In this document: positions 1-13,308 of the stretch, piece after piece
How positions within the stretch are numbered: position 1 is the stretch's first letter
Layout: every line of letters starts with the position of its first letter
Assembly (NCBI RefSeq): GCF_004010195.1
Contig: NC_057716.1
Location: 45,040,525 to 45,104,524 of the forward strand
Direction: 5' to 3'
Length of the DNA stretch: 64,000 nt
Source: Chiloscyllium plagiosum
Taxonomy: Eukaryota
Program-made: the position numbers and the translations under genes
The notes under the pieces: model-generated
What the model was told of the DNA's origin: nothing
What the model saw: only the letters and a program-made list of their open reading frames with translations
Database searches by the model: none

Positions 1-378
1 AGACCTTCCCTCAGAGCAGGCAACATCCTGGGTAAATCTCCTTTGACTCTTTTCCAGTGCTTCCACATCCTTCCCAAAATATGGCGACCAGAACTGTACA
101 CAATATTCTAAGTGCAGCCACACTAGCATTTTGTATAGTTGCTGCATGATGTTGCAGCTCCAGAACTCAATCCCCCTACCAATGAAACCTAATACACCAT
201 ACACCTACTTAACAGCACTATCAACCTGGGTGACAACTTTCAGGGATCTATGTACATGGACTCCAAGATCCCTCTGCACATCCACACTACCAAGAATCTT
301 TCCATTGACCCACTACTCTGCCTTCTTGTTATTCTTCCCAAAGTGCATCACCTCACATTTTGCTGCATTGAACTCCAT
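1..378 (-). mobile_element. CR1-clade LINE fragment (3' part of ORF2)
   Basis: Reverse complement encodes degenerate LEYCVQFWSP...LERVK and DLGVHVH motifs. Homologous to 4150-4480. Confidence 0.75.
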
Positions 379-414
379 AAAAATAGAAATACTCCATAAA
401 ATTAGAAATACTTA

Positions 415-730
415 AGATAAAGCAGGGTCAGCATGGCTTTATAAAGTGAAATCATGCTTGACAATTTTGCTGAATTACTTGAAGAGATAACAAACAGGAT
501 AGTTCCAGGCCCATGGTATTGGAGGCATTAACATAAATAGAGGATTGGCTAACCAATAGAGAGTTGGAATGAGGGGATATTTTCAGGATGACACCCTATA
601 ACTAGTGAAGTGCCACAACAATCAGTGATTGGGTCACAATGTTTTTACATGATAAATTAATAACATGGATAAGGAAAGTAAACAAACTGTCACTAATTTT
701 GTGAATGACACAAAAGTAGGTGGGAAGGTA
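415..730 (+). mobile_element. Degenerate CR1 LINE RT fragment
   Basis: Decayed QHGF..KSCLTxL..F, SEVPQQSV.G and NFVNDTKVGG (from KFADDTK) motifs. Confidence 0.65.
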
Positions 731-2232
731 AGAGGAGACACATCAGCCAAGCACATTGAGACTGACTTCCTCCTGTATCCAGTGGAGATAGCTTTCAGAC
801 AGAGTTCTCATTTTGGTGATCACACAGATTCTCTCTGTCTATCTGTGATAAGCATTGCAGGGAAGCTTGCAACCTGATCTCAATGGCAACATGAAATACA
901 TTAATCTTATGACAGAGTGGGAATTCAATCTGGCTATCCTTTGGAAACTCCCTTTCAGCTTCCGAATATTAACTGAAATTAATTATCAAACTTATCATGT
1001 AACACCTTTAAGGTCTACTCATCACACTCTCGGAGACTGCAGCTATTGTTTCCAAGACATTGTACACATTCTTTTCAGGAGATCAATCTAAGTTTTCCTT
1101 TGATCACTAATCATCAAACCACCCAGACTTATTCTCAGGCAGATTTCAGAACAGATGGTATAACTTCCTTCATTTTCTTTAAAGTTACAGTCCCCAAGTA
1201 TAATAATGTTATAAACCCCATTATGTAATATCCTTTTATTTTCCCTAAGGAATGAATGGGGAAATGATTTTTAACATGATAGTTTTATTATGAACTGAAG
1301 ACCCAACAACAGAGTTTTAATTGCACCAATGTATTGTTTTCCAATGTCCCTCATTTCATTTTGGTATATTTCATTGTGGAGACTAATTTATTGCCAAATT
1401 CTAGGGAGGTTTCAGCTATGAGTTCAAATCCATCAGGGATTTCAACAGCAAGTGGTACATTTAAGACATAAGAATCTGTGGGAAGAAGGAGGTCTCTGGA
1501 GAAGTGAAGTGCAATATCATGGGAACCACAATGGTCCTCTGTGAAATGTGCTGGATAAATGTGTAGACTGTTTATTCTGAGGCTGTCACTTCTTTCACTG
1601 CTGTCATAAATGAAACTTAGTATTCAAGGATAAAAAATGTTAGTGTTCTTACTGTACATAAGCATGTCCTGTTCTACACAAGCTTAGTTTTAGTTTTATT
1701 GCATAAATTTGATAAATTCATTTGTAAAGAAGCTAAATTTGAGATATGCTATGCAAATAATCTACCCGGGTAATCTGATCAGTCATTGCTTGTTGTGGAC
1801 ATGCATGGTCAAGTATCATATGTGCTGACTTCTCTGAATTAACCACAGAAAATTAAACATCAAAGCAGAGTAATTTTGACAAACAGAAATAATAGGTACC
1901 AAGATCAGATCACCAAGATTTTGTCCTTTTAAGCTAAATATTATGATTCCTAGAGATAGAACAATGCCACATCCAGATATGAATACATTGCAAATTTTAA
2001 AACAATTTTCAAATGTGGGCAATGTATTTAACATGACTGGTATGATGCTGTGGTGGTATACCTACTTTCGAGATGGGGAGGTCTTGGTTGAAGTCCCACC
2101 TGTTCCAGAGCTGTGTAATAATATCTCTGAACAGGTTGATTAGAAAATAGTTTTTTTTTCATATTGGGTGGTATTCTTCTAATGAAAATATCACATGACT
2201 GTGACAATTTCAGCTGCAGTCCGTTCCTGAAA

Positions 2233-2400
2233 TCAGAAGTCACACAACACCAAGTTATAGTTCAACAGGTTTATTTGAAATCACAAACTTGCAGTGCTCC
2301 GAACGCTTGTGATTTCAAATAAATCTGTTGGACTATAACCCAGTGTTATGTGACTTCTGACTTTGTCCATCCCAGTCCAACATTGGCACCTCCACATCAT
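2233..2400 (+). mobile_element. Palindromic repeat, same family as 12372-12567 (centre deleted)
   Basis: Inverted arms AGAAGTCACACAACACCAAGTTATAG.../...CTATAACCCAGTGTTATGTGACTTCT and the same tail CCCAGTCCAACA. Confidence 0.7.
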
Positions 2401-2510
2401 TCTGGAAATACAAAAGCAAATATCAAATTAAAATGGATAATCACAGCCATATGTAGAATTCACACAATCCATGATTTAAGGATAAGCCATCAACAGAAAG
2501 TTAATTTGCC

Positions 2511-2645
2511 AGTTCTGAAGGAGGGTCACTCAACCCGAAACATGAACTCACATTTCTCTCCACAGATTCTGTCAGACCTGGTGATGCCTTTTCCAGCAAT
2601 TTCTATTTATGTCTCTGATTTACTGCATTGACAGTTCTTTGGGTA
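2511..2645 (+). mobile_element. Short repeat of the hammerhead-bearing family (degenerate)
   Basis: AGTT-CTGAAGG-A-GGGTC-ACTC-AACCC-GAAAC-ATG-AACT followed by the family body. Confidence 0.7.
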
Positions 2646-3756
2646 GTTAGATATTTTGTCTTTTGTCTTCACCGAACAATATTGACATCAAATCTCAATG
2701 GGTGTTGGACAAACAAGGACTTGGATCTTATCAGTGTTTTTTTATTGGCACCTCACCCTATACATCAAGACTGTGGCTGTCTGAAATTGTCAGCCAGCGA
2801 AAAGGCACAACACTAGATGTTAATTGGACTGATGCACCAACATACTTAGCAAAGGACATTGGACTTGTAATAGGTCACATGGGTAGGCCAGCCAAGTTTG
2901 TAACCTGTCTTTACAAAAAAGCAGAAGTTGTCCTGGAATAGATATATCTGAAATACCATCTGGATTGTTATCAAAGCAACACAAAGACCACTACACAACA
3001 AGTAAAATGCAGTTTGAAAGTGGAGAACATCTTGTCAAAACCTTATCCAATTTTAAGTTCACCTGACATTCTAACAATTCAACTATATGAAACCTTCCTT
3101 TTAGACGAGACGAGAATTCTTTGCTTTTACAAGACCTCCTTTAAAGCAAAAATATTAGTGCATTGAAGAAACTTCAAGACTGCTATGAAAGAAACTTAAA
3201 TAATTCCAAATTGTGAGCATTTTGTTTTTCTTCGTCTGTTAGCTTTTTTTTCTGTATATGATAGTGTGTGAGATATAATGTTCTAACCCTATGAGGTAAA
3301 GGTGTGAAGATAAATTTATTTTTTTAATTTACAAAAGTGTACTTCTAGACTCATTTAAATTGGTACATAACACTCTAAGGGGAAGAAAGCACAATAACAT
3401 AACAAAAACAATTTGATCATAAACAGTAAAAGATATAGGTTCTCTAAATAGCCTGAGCCATGGAGACAGTGTTGGGAAATCTGTGAGATGATCAGTGAGG
3501 AGCTTCTCAATGTCAAGAGCAAAAAGTCACCTTTCCCAAACAAGTCTTGGTTGGCAAGACAAGATGTTTAAGGCAAGAGGGTAAAGATGTACTAAATATT
3601 GCATGCGCTAATATCTCATTATTAGTTAATCTTGCCTCATTTATGTGCAGTTTTCCATTCCCACAATGCCAGGTAGAAACTAGATGGTGACAATTCCTAA
3701 TATGAAAGTCAAAGTGGTTACCTGGAGACTTCAGGCTCACCACTTGCTCGCCGTAG

Positions 3757-4932
3757 AATCATAGAGTCATAGAGATGCACAACATGGAAACAGACCCTTT
3801 GATCCAAATTATTCATGCCAACCAGATTACCTAAATAAATCAAGTCCTATTAGTCAGCATTTGCTCCATACCCCTCTAAACACTTCCTATTTGTATACTT
3901 GTCCAGATGCCTTTTAAATGTTGTTATTCTATCAAACTCCACCACTTTTTCTGTCAGCTCATTCCATACACGCACCACCCTCTGCATGAAAAAGTTGCAC
4001 CTTAGATCCCTTTTAAAGCTTTACCCTTTATCCTTAAATGCTTGCCCTCCAGTTTTGGTCTCACCCATCCAGGGAAAAAGACCTTGTCTATTTACCCTAT
4101 CCATGACCTCATGATTTTATAAACCTTTATAAGGTCACCCCTCAGCCTCCAACACTCCAGAGAAAATAGCCCCACCCTATTCCGACTCTTCCTATCGCTC
4201 AAACTCTGCAAAACTGGCAACATCCTTGTAAATCTTTTCTGAACCCTTTCAAATTTCACAACATCCTTCCAACAAGAGGGACACCAGAATTGCACACAAT
4301 AATCCAAACATGGCATAACTCCCCAGGACCTTATCATTAAGTGTATAATTCCTGCCCTGATTTGCCTTTCCAAAATGCAGCACCTCATATTTATCTAAAT
4401 TAAACTCCATCTGCCACTCCTAGGCCCATTGGCATTCTGATGAAGATCCATTGTACTCTGAGGTAACTTTTTTTGCTGTCCAGTACACCTCCAATTTTGG
4501 AGTCACTGGCAAACTTATTAACCATATCGCCTATGTTCACATCCAAACCATTAAAAAATAAGTTTCCTTTAAGATGGGTGATATTTTTTAATGAAAATAT
4601 CACATGACTTTGACAATTTCAGCTGCAGTCCATTTCTGAAATCAGAAATCACATAACATCAGGCTATAGTCCAACAGGGTTTATTGGAAATCACAAACTT
4701 GCAGCACTTTGAAAGCTTGTACAATGGACCCAACACCAATCCTTGTGGCACACCACTAGTCACAGGCCTCAAATCTGAAAAGCAATCCTCCACTACCACC
4801 CTCTGTCTTGTACCTTCAAATCAGTTCTGTATCCAAATGATTAGTTCTCCTGTATTCCATATGATCTAACCTTGCTAACCAGTCTACCATGAGGTACCAT
4901 GTGAAACATCTTACTGAAGTCCATAGAGATCA
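3757..4932 (-). mobile_element. 5'-truncated CR1-clade LINE with 3' tail, interrupted at about 4553-4719
   Basis: ORF remnants YCVQFWCP..KDVVKFERVQKRFTRM..LFSLE..RLRGDLIKVYKIM and NKFASDSKIGG. (CTATGACT)-type tail at about 3757-3775. Confidence 0.85.
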
Positions 4933-4989
4933 AACCAAGTACCAAAATCTCAGGCACACTCCATTGTCAGCAATCATATGCATTGGAGT

Positions 4990-5082
4990 CAAAAAGTGTG
5001 GCATTGGAAAAGCACAGCAGGTCAGGTAGCAACCAAGGAGCAGGAGAGTCAATATTTTGGGCATGAGCCCTACATCAGAAAT
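4990..5082 (-). mobile_element. Degenerate copy related to 18909-19032
   Basis: Minus strand CTGATGT-A-GGGC-TCAT-GCCC-AAAATATTGACTCTCCTGCTCC...CTGACCTGCTGTGCTTTTCCA. Confidence 0.65.
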
Positions 5083-5549
5083 ATCATATCCATCCCCCAT
5101 CCATGCACCTTGGCATCTGACACATAAACAGCCTCACCTCGTCCTAATGACACATTTCTGAACCATTTACAGTACGGTCTACACTTCAGTGCTTCACCTT
5201 GGAATGCATTGGTAAATATTATTGCAAGCTTGCTGCCAGGACAATTAGCATGTAGGGACAGGTACCAATCTCTTAGTTTCATCCTGGATGCAGCTCAAGA
5301 ATACTCACTCACTCCTTTCATGCCTACCTCAATGTTTTGCCTTGCTTTAACTTTTTGTCCTCTGGGTCTTCACCTGGAATTTAAAAGCTTCCAGTATCTC
5401 TATCATGGCTTGCCCTTTTAATGCAGAGATAAAGTCAGGCAGGTTAATACAGTTTCCAACAATAACTAGTCGGGGGTGGATATTTGCTGTACATCATCAT
5501 GCTCTGTCAATGTCACACATGCATCAAGTACCAGTGAATATGTGCCAAA

Positions 5550-5662
5550 TACTGCATTTGAAATATTTACTCAGTTTCTCTTTCCACAATTGCTGCCAGG
5601 CCTGCTGACTTTCTCCAGCACTCTGTGTTTGTTTCAGATTCTGAGCATCTTCATTATATTTT
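5550..5662 (+). mobile_element. Degenerate 3' fragment of the same short repeat family
   Basis: TTCTCTTTCCACAATTGCTGCCAGGCCTGCTGACTTTCTCCAGCA matches the family body. Confidence 0.55.
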
Positions 5663-6629
5663 CGTTATTCAAGTGAGAGATGATTTTACATTCAATAGTG
5701 AGAGTAGTAGATTATGAGCATTGGTGGGCTCAATATAATAGTGCTATCTGTAATAAAAACTTCTTTTAAAAGGAAATTACACAGTGTGCTAGTTTTACTT
5801 TTGAATACCTGTGGAATCTGATGTCAATATTTAATATTTGTGCTAATGTAATTTGTAAATATGTATGTGTGTATCATTGGTACAACTGAAATTTTTATAT
5901 TTTCTCTAAAATAAAATACTCTTAATTTACTAACATGGTGCTAGATAGCAGCCAGACCTATAATTTACCCTTGCTGTTTCAGAAAAGCATGATCAGTGTT
6001 TTACAAATGTGATATAATGTTTTTGACCAGGAAGTCATTGTGAATCATGGAGAAAAAAGAGATGATTTTTATTACTTCCTTACTTTCTGACCAAAGAAGT
6101 AACATTTGCTTTAGTTGCTGTTTTTGGTACTCATGTGCTTACTTTATCGATCATAAACAGTAGCATCTAGAGATGAGATGTGCATTTTTTAGCTGCTATG
6201 TTATCAGTTCATGCAATAGTGCAATTGAAATCAAAGTAATTAAATTTGAACAATATTATTTCCATAAAGGTTAAGTGATCAGGATGTGCAATGAGGAGCA
6301 ATCAATAAACGTATCAACAAAGAAGACAATAATATTTCTGTACAACTTTTTCATCAGTAAGCCATAGGACATTCATCATTAGTGGGATAGGCTGGATTAG
6401 CCTTTGTTTTCTTATATGGGTATAGATCACATGGTTTAGGTGGAATTCTAATGTAGAGCAGAAAGGCCTGTAACAGTGAGAAGACAAATTGCACGTTTTG
6501 GAAACAAAATTCCAACTTGTCGTGTAATGATCCATTCATATTTTCTCTCTGACCCTAGTAACTGCCTGATCATTCTCAAAAGTGAGAAAACTGCAGCAGT
6601 AGATAATAAGCAATGACCCTGTTGATGAA

Positions 6630-6712
6630 TTGGAGGTGTCGATGTTGGACTGGGGTGTACAAAGTTAAAAATCACACACCACCAGGTTCTCGTCCAACAG
6701 GTTTATTTCGAA
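6630..6712 (-). mobile_element. Fragment of the palindromic repeat family
   Basis: Reverse complement matches 12485-12560. Confidence 0.65.
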
Positions 6713-7273
6713 GACTCCTCGGTAATGCATTCGAGCTATTTTGAACTGTGAATATTCTTGTATTCACTGCAGCTGCTTGTTTACAAATAGCTACTTAATG
6801 GCTGACCCTGTCAAGATACCTGTTGAAGACATGGTACCTTTCAGTTGTGTGTTTAAACAAAAACATGGCTAGTAGCAGTTGAATGGAGTCCAGTTTTGCT
6901 TTACACTTGGACCACTGGGACGGCGTTGGCTGTAGTTCCCTAAGTAATTTCAGAATTGGAGAACTTTGTGAAGTATAACACACAATTGGGGATCCGCTAA
7001 TTTTTTTTATATAACTCTACTGATTATACAAATAGTAGTTTAGCTCATGCTCGTTATTGAAATATAATCATTAAAATACATGACGTTAATATTTTGAAGA
7101 CTTAATTGATTCATAAATTGAATCTTTTTTTATCGCAAGGCTAAATAAACATAAATAATACCTCGCGCCAGTTCCGTCGCCGTGTGAGATTTAAACTTAC
7201 ATTATTATATAGAAAAGAAGTCTGTACTTTCTGTGTGTATAGGAAATTGATGGAACCAGTCATGTTAATTATT

Positions 7274-7413
7274 CTGTGGAAGGGTCACCAGACCCAAAAT
7301 GTTAAATTTGATTTCTCTCCACAGATGCTGTCTGACCTGCTGAGCTTTTCCAGAAACTTCTGTTTTTGTTTGTGATTTACATACAGCATGCGCAGTTCTT
7401 TCGGTTTTTATTT
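7274..7413 (+). mobile_element. Short repeat of the hammerhead-bearing family (degenerate)
   Basis: 12-bp TSD ATGTTAATTATT at 7262-7273 and 7414-7425. Homologous to 18350-18490. Confidence 0.75.
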
Positions 7414-7769
7414 ATGTTAATTATTGCAGATGTGGGCAGTCAAAAGTTAGTCATTCTATAGGAACACATATGAATGAATTTGTTTCTTCGAAAGACGCTC
7501 GATTACTATCTGCGAATCAAAATGTGTAAAGCAAACACATGAACAGACTTTCTGTAGAATCATTGGATACTGGTTATACACATGGTTCTTGAATTTAAGT
7601 CGACAGGGTAAGATAGTTTATTCCTTCAGACTTGTTTAGGATAAATTGCACTGCTGATCAGTTTTATCGTATAACGAAGGGAATTGAAGCAGTTATTGCT
7701 ATTAAGTTAAGATGTTTATATACTATAACCATTTTACGCTCCAATTGTCTTTATAAGAAAAAAATAACG

Positions 7770-8145
7770 TGCATTTATTCAACCGTCCTGAGCTCAGGGC
7801 GTCTCAAAGTGCTTTGCAGCTAAATGACGTGTAGTCACTGTTGTGATGTTGGGAAAGTCAGCAGTAAATTGGCGCACGGTAAGATCCCAGGAAGAACCGT
7901 CAGATCATGTGGATTTCTGTTCCGCCTCCACAGGTCATTTTTAGTGCTGCTGGTTGATAGATAAGTATTAGCCAATACTGGAACACTCCCCAACTCTTCC
8001 ATGAATTGTGCCGTGGGATGTTTTGGGTATACCTGAAAGGGCAGATAACATTTGGTTGAATATTTCGGTCTAATTCTCATGTTCGTTATATGCTCAGAAG
8101 TCCTGCAGCGAGTTTTAAACCCTAATTCTTCTGTCTCTAAGACTG
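7770..8145 (-). mobile_element. Old DeuSINE (SacSINE1/AmnSINE-like)
   Basis: CAAAGTGCTTTGCAGC..GTGTAGTCACTGTTGT..GCGCACGGTAAGATCCCA..GTGCCGTGGGATGTTTT resembles the Deu-domain SINE consensus as recalled. Confidence 0.6.
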
Positions 8146-9267
8146 AATTAAATGTATAATTTATTTGATAACAGTAACATAATGTTTAAACGTCGAACAA
8201 AGTATTTGGACGGATCGTGTTTTAACGAATGAGTAAGCACATGAATACATAGACACAATTGAACATTAGAGAGATACAATCGCGAGAGCTTTCGGCTGAG
8301 CAGTGACCCAACCTACCTTCATCCAATTCCATCATTGTAATCCTATGGGCCCCTTCGTCACATATATCTGAGCCTTCCTCTAACTGCAAGAATACCCGAG
8401 AATCATCGCAGCCAGTCACTGCTGAATCCTGGTGTAAGAATGTGATTTAATGTGGCATTAACTAATTGCATATTGGTGCCTTGTTTAATATAACAGAAAC
8501 CTAGCAGCCGCACAATTCTGTAACTGAACCTTTTTTTGTCGATTCTGTCATTTCGCAATAAGCACCTTAAAACAGGCTTCACGTGTTTAAAAATGAATCT
8601 TCTCAATTATTGTAAAGTTTCTTAAATAAAAACCAGCTCATTGTGGATATAAATGGAAACTTAGCCAGAATTCTCCAGTGACCTTTCTTCCGCAAGAATG
8701 CGGGTTAGCTAAATTATCTTCGATCCAAATTATGACATACACATGGAAACGAACGTTTGAACCCTCGGTGCAAACATTGTTCAAAACGCTGATTCGCGTT
8801 GGAATACTGTTAGTGGTCTCATTCGGAAAGCCGGGCGGATACAATGGGCAGAATGGCCTCCTCTTGCTCCTTGTGTTCTGTTGTGTATTCTGTCTGTTTT
8901 TCTGTGACCAATAAATTGCAAGAAACTGCAAAAGTATTTATGAATACCAAAATTGCATTCAGCTACGGCATATTTACCTTTATAATAGCAATTAACAGTA
9001 ATATATAAAGCTGAATCCGACACAACTACGTATTTTTAAAAAATATTTGGGGATTACATTGTTTCCATTTTTAGGCATCCGGTGCTATTTTCAAATACTT
9101 CCAGGTCGGATAGAAAGCTTCGCTTTATTTGATCTCGAAATGATGCTCTGTTACACGTTTCTCCACTTTCCATACGAAGTACATGGCCGCTCCTAGTGAG
9201 CTGCCAGCAAGTGTCGAATTAGAATCAGTTTGGTGCAGCAGATTGGTGACAACTGCATATTAAATTC

Positions 9268-9553
9268 GTGGGTGGCACAGTGGTTAGCACTGCTGCCTCA
9301 CAGCGCCAGAGACCCGGGTTCAATTTCCGCCTCAACTGTCTGTGTGGAGTTTGCACATTCTCCCCGTGTCTGCGTGGGTTTCCTCCGACAGTCCAAAAAT
9401 GTGCAGGTTAGGTGAATTGGCCATGCTAAATTGCCTGTAGTGTTAGATGAAGGGGTAAATGTAGGGGAATGGGTCTGGGTGGGTTGCTCTTCGGAGGGTC
9501 GGTGTGGACTTGTTGGGCCGAAGGGCCTGTTTCCACACCGTAAGTAATCTAAT
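9268..9553 (+). mobile_element. tRNA-derived V-SINE (HE1-like)
   Basis: A box TGGCACAGTGG, B box GGTTCAATTTCC, V-domain TGTGTGGAGTTTGCACATTCTCCCCGTGTCTGCGTGGGTTTCCTCC, and CR1-like tail GGGCCGAAGGGCCTGTTTCC. Confidence 0.85.
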
Positions 9554-12371
9554 ATAAATGCAGCCTGCCCAAACTGTCTTTAGGAAGGGCCCCTACAAAC
9601 CCATTCATCTGACAACATTGGATTTGAGTTTAGATGCCAGAGGTCAGTGCCTAATCAACTGAATCTACCCACCCCACCGAACTTTCCAGGTTTCAAGGCA
9701 AATAAGATGTTTAGAATATGAATTGACAAGTTGGTGCATCCTGATTATTTTAGTTTAATATATCCAGAAACGAAAGGCCGGTGGCAGTGGGGAGAATTAT
9801 AGTCTGCTTGTATTGTAGTTGGGGGTAACACCTCATTCAATACTACGTGCATAATTCAAAATAATTTGTAGACCCCAAATGGGAATCGTTGAGTAAAATA
9901 AATACGAGTAATTGTTTCATGTCTGTCAATTTGGAAGTGAATTGTATTATGATTATTCAAATAAGCAGACGTTCACAATTACTTGCTCTGAAAGGAGACA
10001 AGAGAGATGGCTTAAAACTGCGCAAGAAATGTCAAATAGTTCGCCTCCTTTACTCCAAAAATGATTTTATTTTCGACCCTAAACATTCATTTCGCTCCTG
10101 AAATTGTGAAACTATTGTTTCCGAAATCTTCTTATACTTTAACGGTGCGCTGGGGTATTTTGGTAGAACTCATAACAGGCCAGAGATTAGAGGAAGGGTA
10201 GTGTCTCTTCCAACATTGAAGAATTTCTCTGTGGTTCGAATAGGTCGGATCACATAAGAAATTGCTATTATTTCATTATTTTTAAAATACGTGCTGGGAT
10301 CACGCAGAAGCTTTGTAATCTACGCTTATGACTGTTAAATAGAGCTTTGAAAGTTTGTATCGGAGCGGCATATACAAGGCACGCAGTGATTTTCTGATGA
10401 CTTTGTAAAACATATTGATCAGGAGGTTTGTGCCACCTAACCCCTGGCAAATCGAACTTCAACGCATTCCTTTCTACAAAAGGAGAATGGGAATGTGAAG
10501 CTTATCATTTTTGTTTAGCAGGCATTTCGCTGATTGCCGGGAGCAACATAGTTACGGTGCACTTATTGATGCAGGTCATGTTTGGATTAATCCACACTGA
10601 TCGGAATGTACTTGATTCAAATTATCATTCCTTTCCTATATAAAATCCAAGCACTTCCTATAGAAAATGTTTACACTGAATATAACTACACTGCCAAACT
10701 TTACTTACCAATTTCATCACGTTTAGAATACTAATCCGTTTTTCTACCCTGTACTTTATGTTCTACGTTCTTCAGATTTATCGAATTTAATTAATTATTA
10801 AATATGCTGATTTGACACAATGACTCATTTAGTCTATCATTGGCATCAGTCTTTCACCAGAGCTAACAAATTCTGCTAAATCAGAACTGTTTGTTAGTGC
10901 ACGCTTTCAAGTTGAATTACTTTGAATTTTAATGCAAAGATGTTCATCTTTATTGTGCTGTTTCTGTTCATACTGAACCACATTTTAACTAATCCCAGCA
11001 GCAGAGGATACTGCAATTAACTCTTGCTACTGAGTTGCTACAATGCAACCTGCCGATAACAAATGAAGCTTGTCACAATCCTGACAGATTAACTAGTCAC
11101 TTTCTTAGTGGTTAATGTCTGCAGAACAAATCTAAAATTTAACAGCCGACAAGAAGGAATGGCGATGGATTTCTTTAAGCAACCCATTTGCAGGATGATT
11201 TGGAGATGCCGGAGATGCAAATGTTGAACATTTGCAGGATGAGCAGAGTATAGTAGTCCACTTATAAGTCAATTCTTAACCCAAAATATACATAATGTCA
11301 AGGGGTGTTTCTTGCCACTAGTAAGGCCCATGCAAATGAATACATGTTTCAAAGGGTGAAATGAAGCGACTTAACGAAACACATGCACAGAGTTGTTATC
11401 ACATGGAACAGAGTTGATGTGACAATGTGCAATTTCGACTTGCTGGTCCTGCTGACCAAATTTAAACTCAGCGCACGTTCTGTTTGCAGACTCTATGTTT
11501 CAAAAATCTAATTGGCTATAATCTGACACAACGTCATTGGAAGCTAATTGATGTCGCGCTAATTGACGAAGATTGACTCCTTGTTTCCTTGTGGTTGACT
11601 TATTTTTATTTAAGAAAGCGATACCAAAGACAGAGTTGCAAGTCGAAAGCAAATTGTTAAATTAACTGAAATGGTCACACAACATTGAAATTGGATAGCT
11701 GCCAATCTATTCACTGTATAACGAATAAATACGCCAACCACCACATGTAGCAGGTGTCAATATGTAAATTCCATTGTCAATCCTATTATACACACAAGGT
11801 GACTACTGTGCTGTAAAAGGGAATGGTCGGAAATATCAAGAGTCGTATCAGGAGCAATTCTCTTTACATCGGATTACATTGTGTAACCATGAACTAAAAC
11901 CGTAGTGTCGGCACTACGATGCTATACATCTGTATGATGGAAGGCAAGATAATGAAATGCTTTCATTCAGTCTTGCTATTGGCTGTAAACTACAGATTGG
12001 TGCGATAAGTAGCGCGGAATTGGTGGGATTGAAATACTTCAGTTTGCTAGAAGGATGCAAAGTGTATATGTCTAACAACTTTTAACATATTTAGTTGTAT
12101 AATTTCTCAAACATTTATTTAGTTACGATTTGATGTTGTGTCAACAAGTTGAATTTCCGGCCTCCTGAATTTACGTAATGTACGTCAAAATTCTCACTGG
12201 ACAGCCCGATGAAATAACTAATTGCTCAAAGAGTGCCTTAATCCGGTGACAGCTACAATGTAAATAAATACCAAAATAAACAGGAGACAAACGTTATTTG
12301 TCAACATTCATTATCTGAATAATCCGCGTGTTATAATAGGGAAGAGCCAATGAAATGTTACCACTCTACAT

Positions 12372-12567
12372 AATTAAAAATCACACAACACCAGGTTATA
12401 GTCCAACAGGTTTAATTGGAAGCACTAGCTTTCGGAGCGTCATCATCTGATGAAGGAGCGTCGCTCCGAAAGCGAGTGTGCTTCCAATTAAACCTGTTGG
12501 ACTATAACCTGGTGTGTGATTTTTAACTTTGTACACCCCAGTCCAACACCGGCATCTCCAAATCATG
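12372..12567 (+). mobile_element. Palindromic short repeat, probable Penelope-derived element with hammerhead core
   Basis: About 65-bp inverted arms within 12374-12526. CTGATGA-A-GGAGC-GTC-GCTCC-GAAAGC at 12447-12473. 9-bp TSD ACTCTACAT at 12363-12371 and 12568-12576. Confidence 0.75.
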
Positions 12568-13291
12568 ACTCTACATCACCACTGGCTGATTCGAACAGTT
12601 TTTATGGCTGTTCTGCTCGCACCCGAAAATGCCCAGCTAATGGTGATATTCGTTAGACATTTCTCCGGTAAACCGGTGCATTTTAAACAAAACGGATAGT
12701 TCTGCTTTCGAATGGTTTTATGATTGCTTTTACAGTCTTGGAGCATAGAACTTTACTTCCTGCAGCATGCTTTCTATGTGACACTGGGTAAAAATGTCAC
12801 TGGAGACAAACAAAAAGGATGTTTTTCCTGCTCCAAAACGCTTACCACATATGTGTATGATTTTTTTTATTACAAAAACGAAACTCAGAAGTTGATCTAT
12901 TAATCTAACAGCCTAGTTAATCTTTAAATATGCAAGTTTTAGAGAAAAATGCTACAGCGAACAAATAAAACTGCATAACGGGTAACAGCGAATACCCATC
13001 AGCGGTACGTTCTTATTATTTGCCATTAGGTTTTGCTGGTATATTAATTGTTCGTCAGTCATAAAGTGACGTTAAATATTCATACATTCCGTGCTACAAT
13101 GAGCTTTGAACTTTAATAATATATGAAGACAAGCTTGCCTTAATTTATGCCTTCAAACATGTAAAGCAAGTTGGTGGGAAAAGCTCATACAGATATTTCA
13201 CGTCTGATATTGAAACATCTTTACTAATACATTGATCGCAAAAGAAATGGCAGACGCCTAGGGATCGATCTAGATCGTTTTGGTTCTCTCA

Positions 13292-13308
13292 TGAACTTTC
13301 AGTGAACC
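13292..13308 (-). promoter_or_regulatory. DR5 RARE 3' of HoxD1
   Basis: caGGTTCA-ctgaa-AGTTCA about 3.1 kb 3' of the HoxD1 stop, compared with the Hoxa1 3' RARE caGGTTCA-ccgaa-AGTTCA. Confidence 0.8.

Noticed and set aside
9272-9330. tRNA-like A/B boxes
   Set aside because: Head of a V-SINE, not a tRNA gene.
9600-9675. Possible decayed tRNA-SINE head on the minus strand
   Set aside because: Too degenerate to assign a family.
10744-10751. Perfect miR-10 seed match (ACAGGGTA on the minus strand)
   Set aside because: 5.6 kb past the HoxD1 stop and beyond an AATAAA at 15591-15586, so unlikely to be in the 3' UTR.
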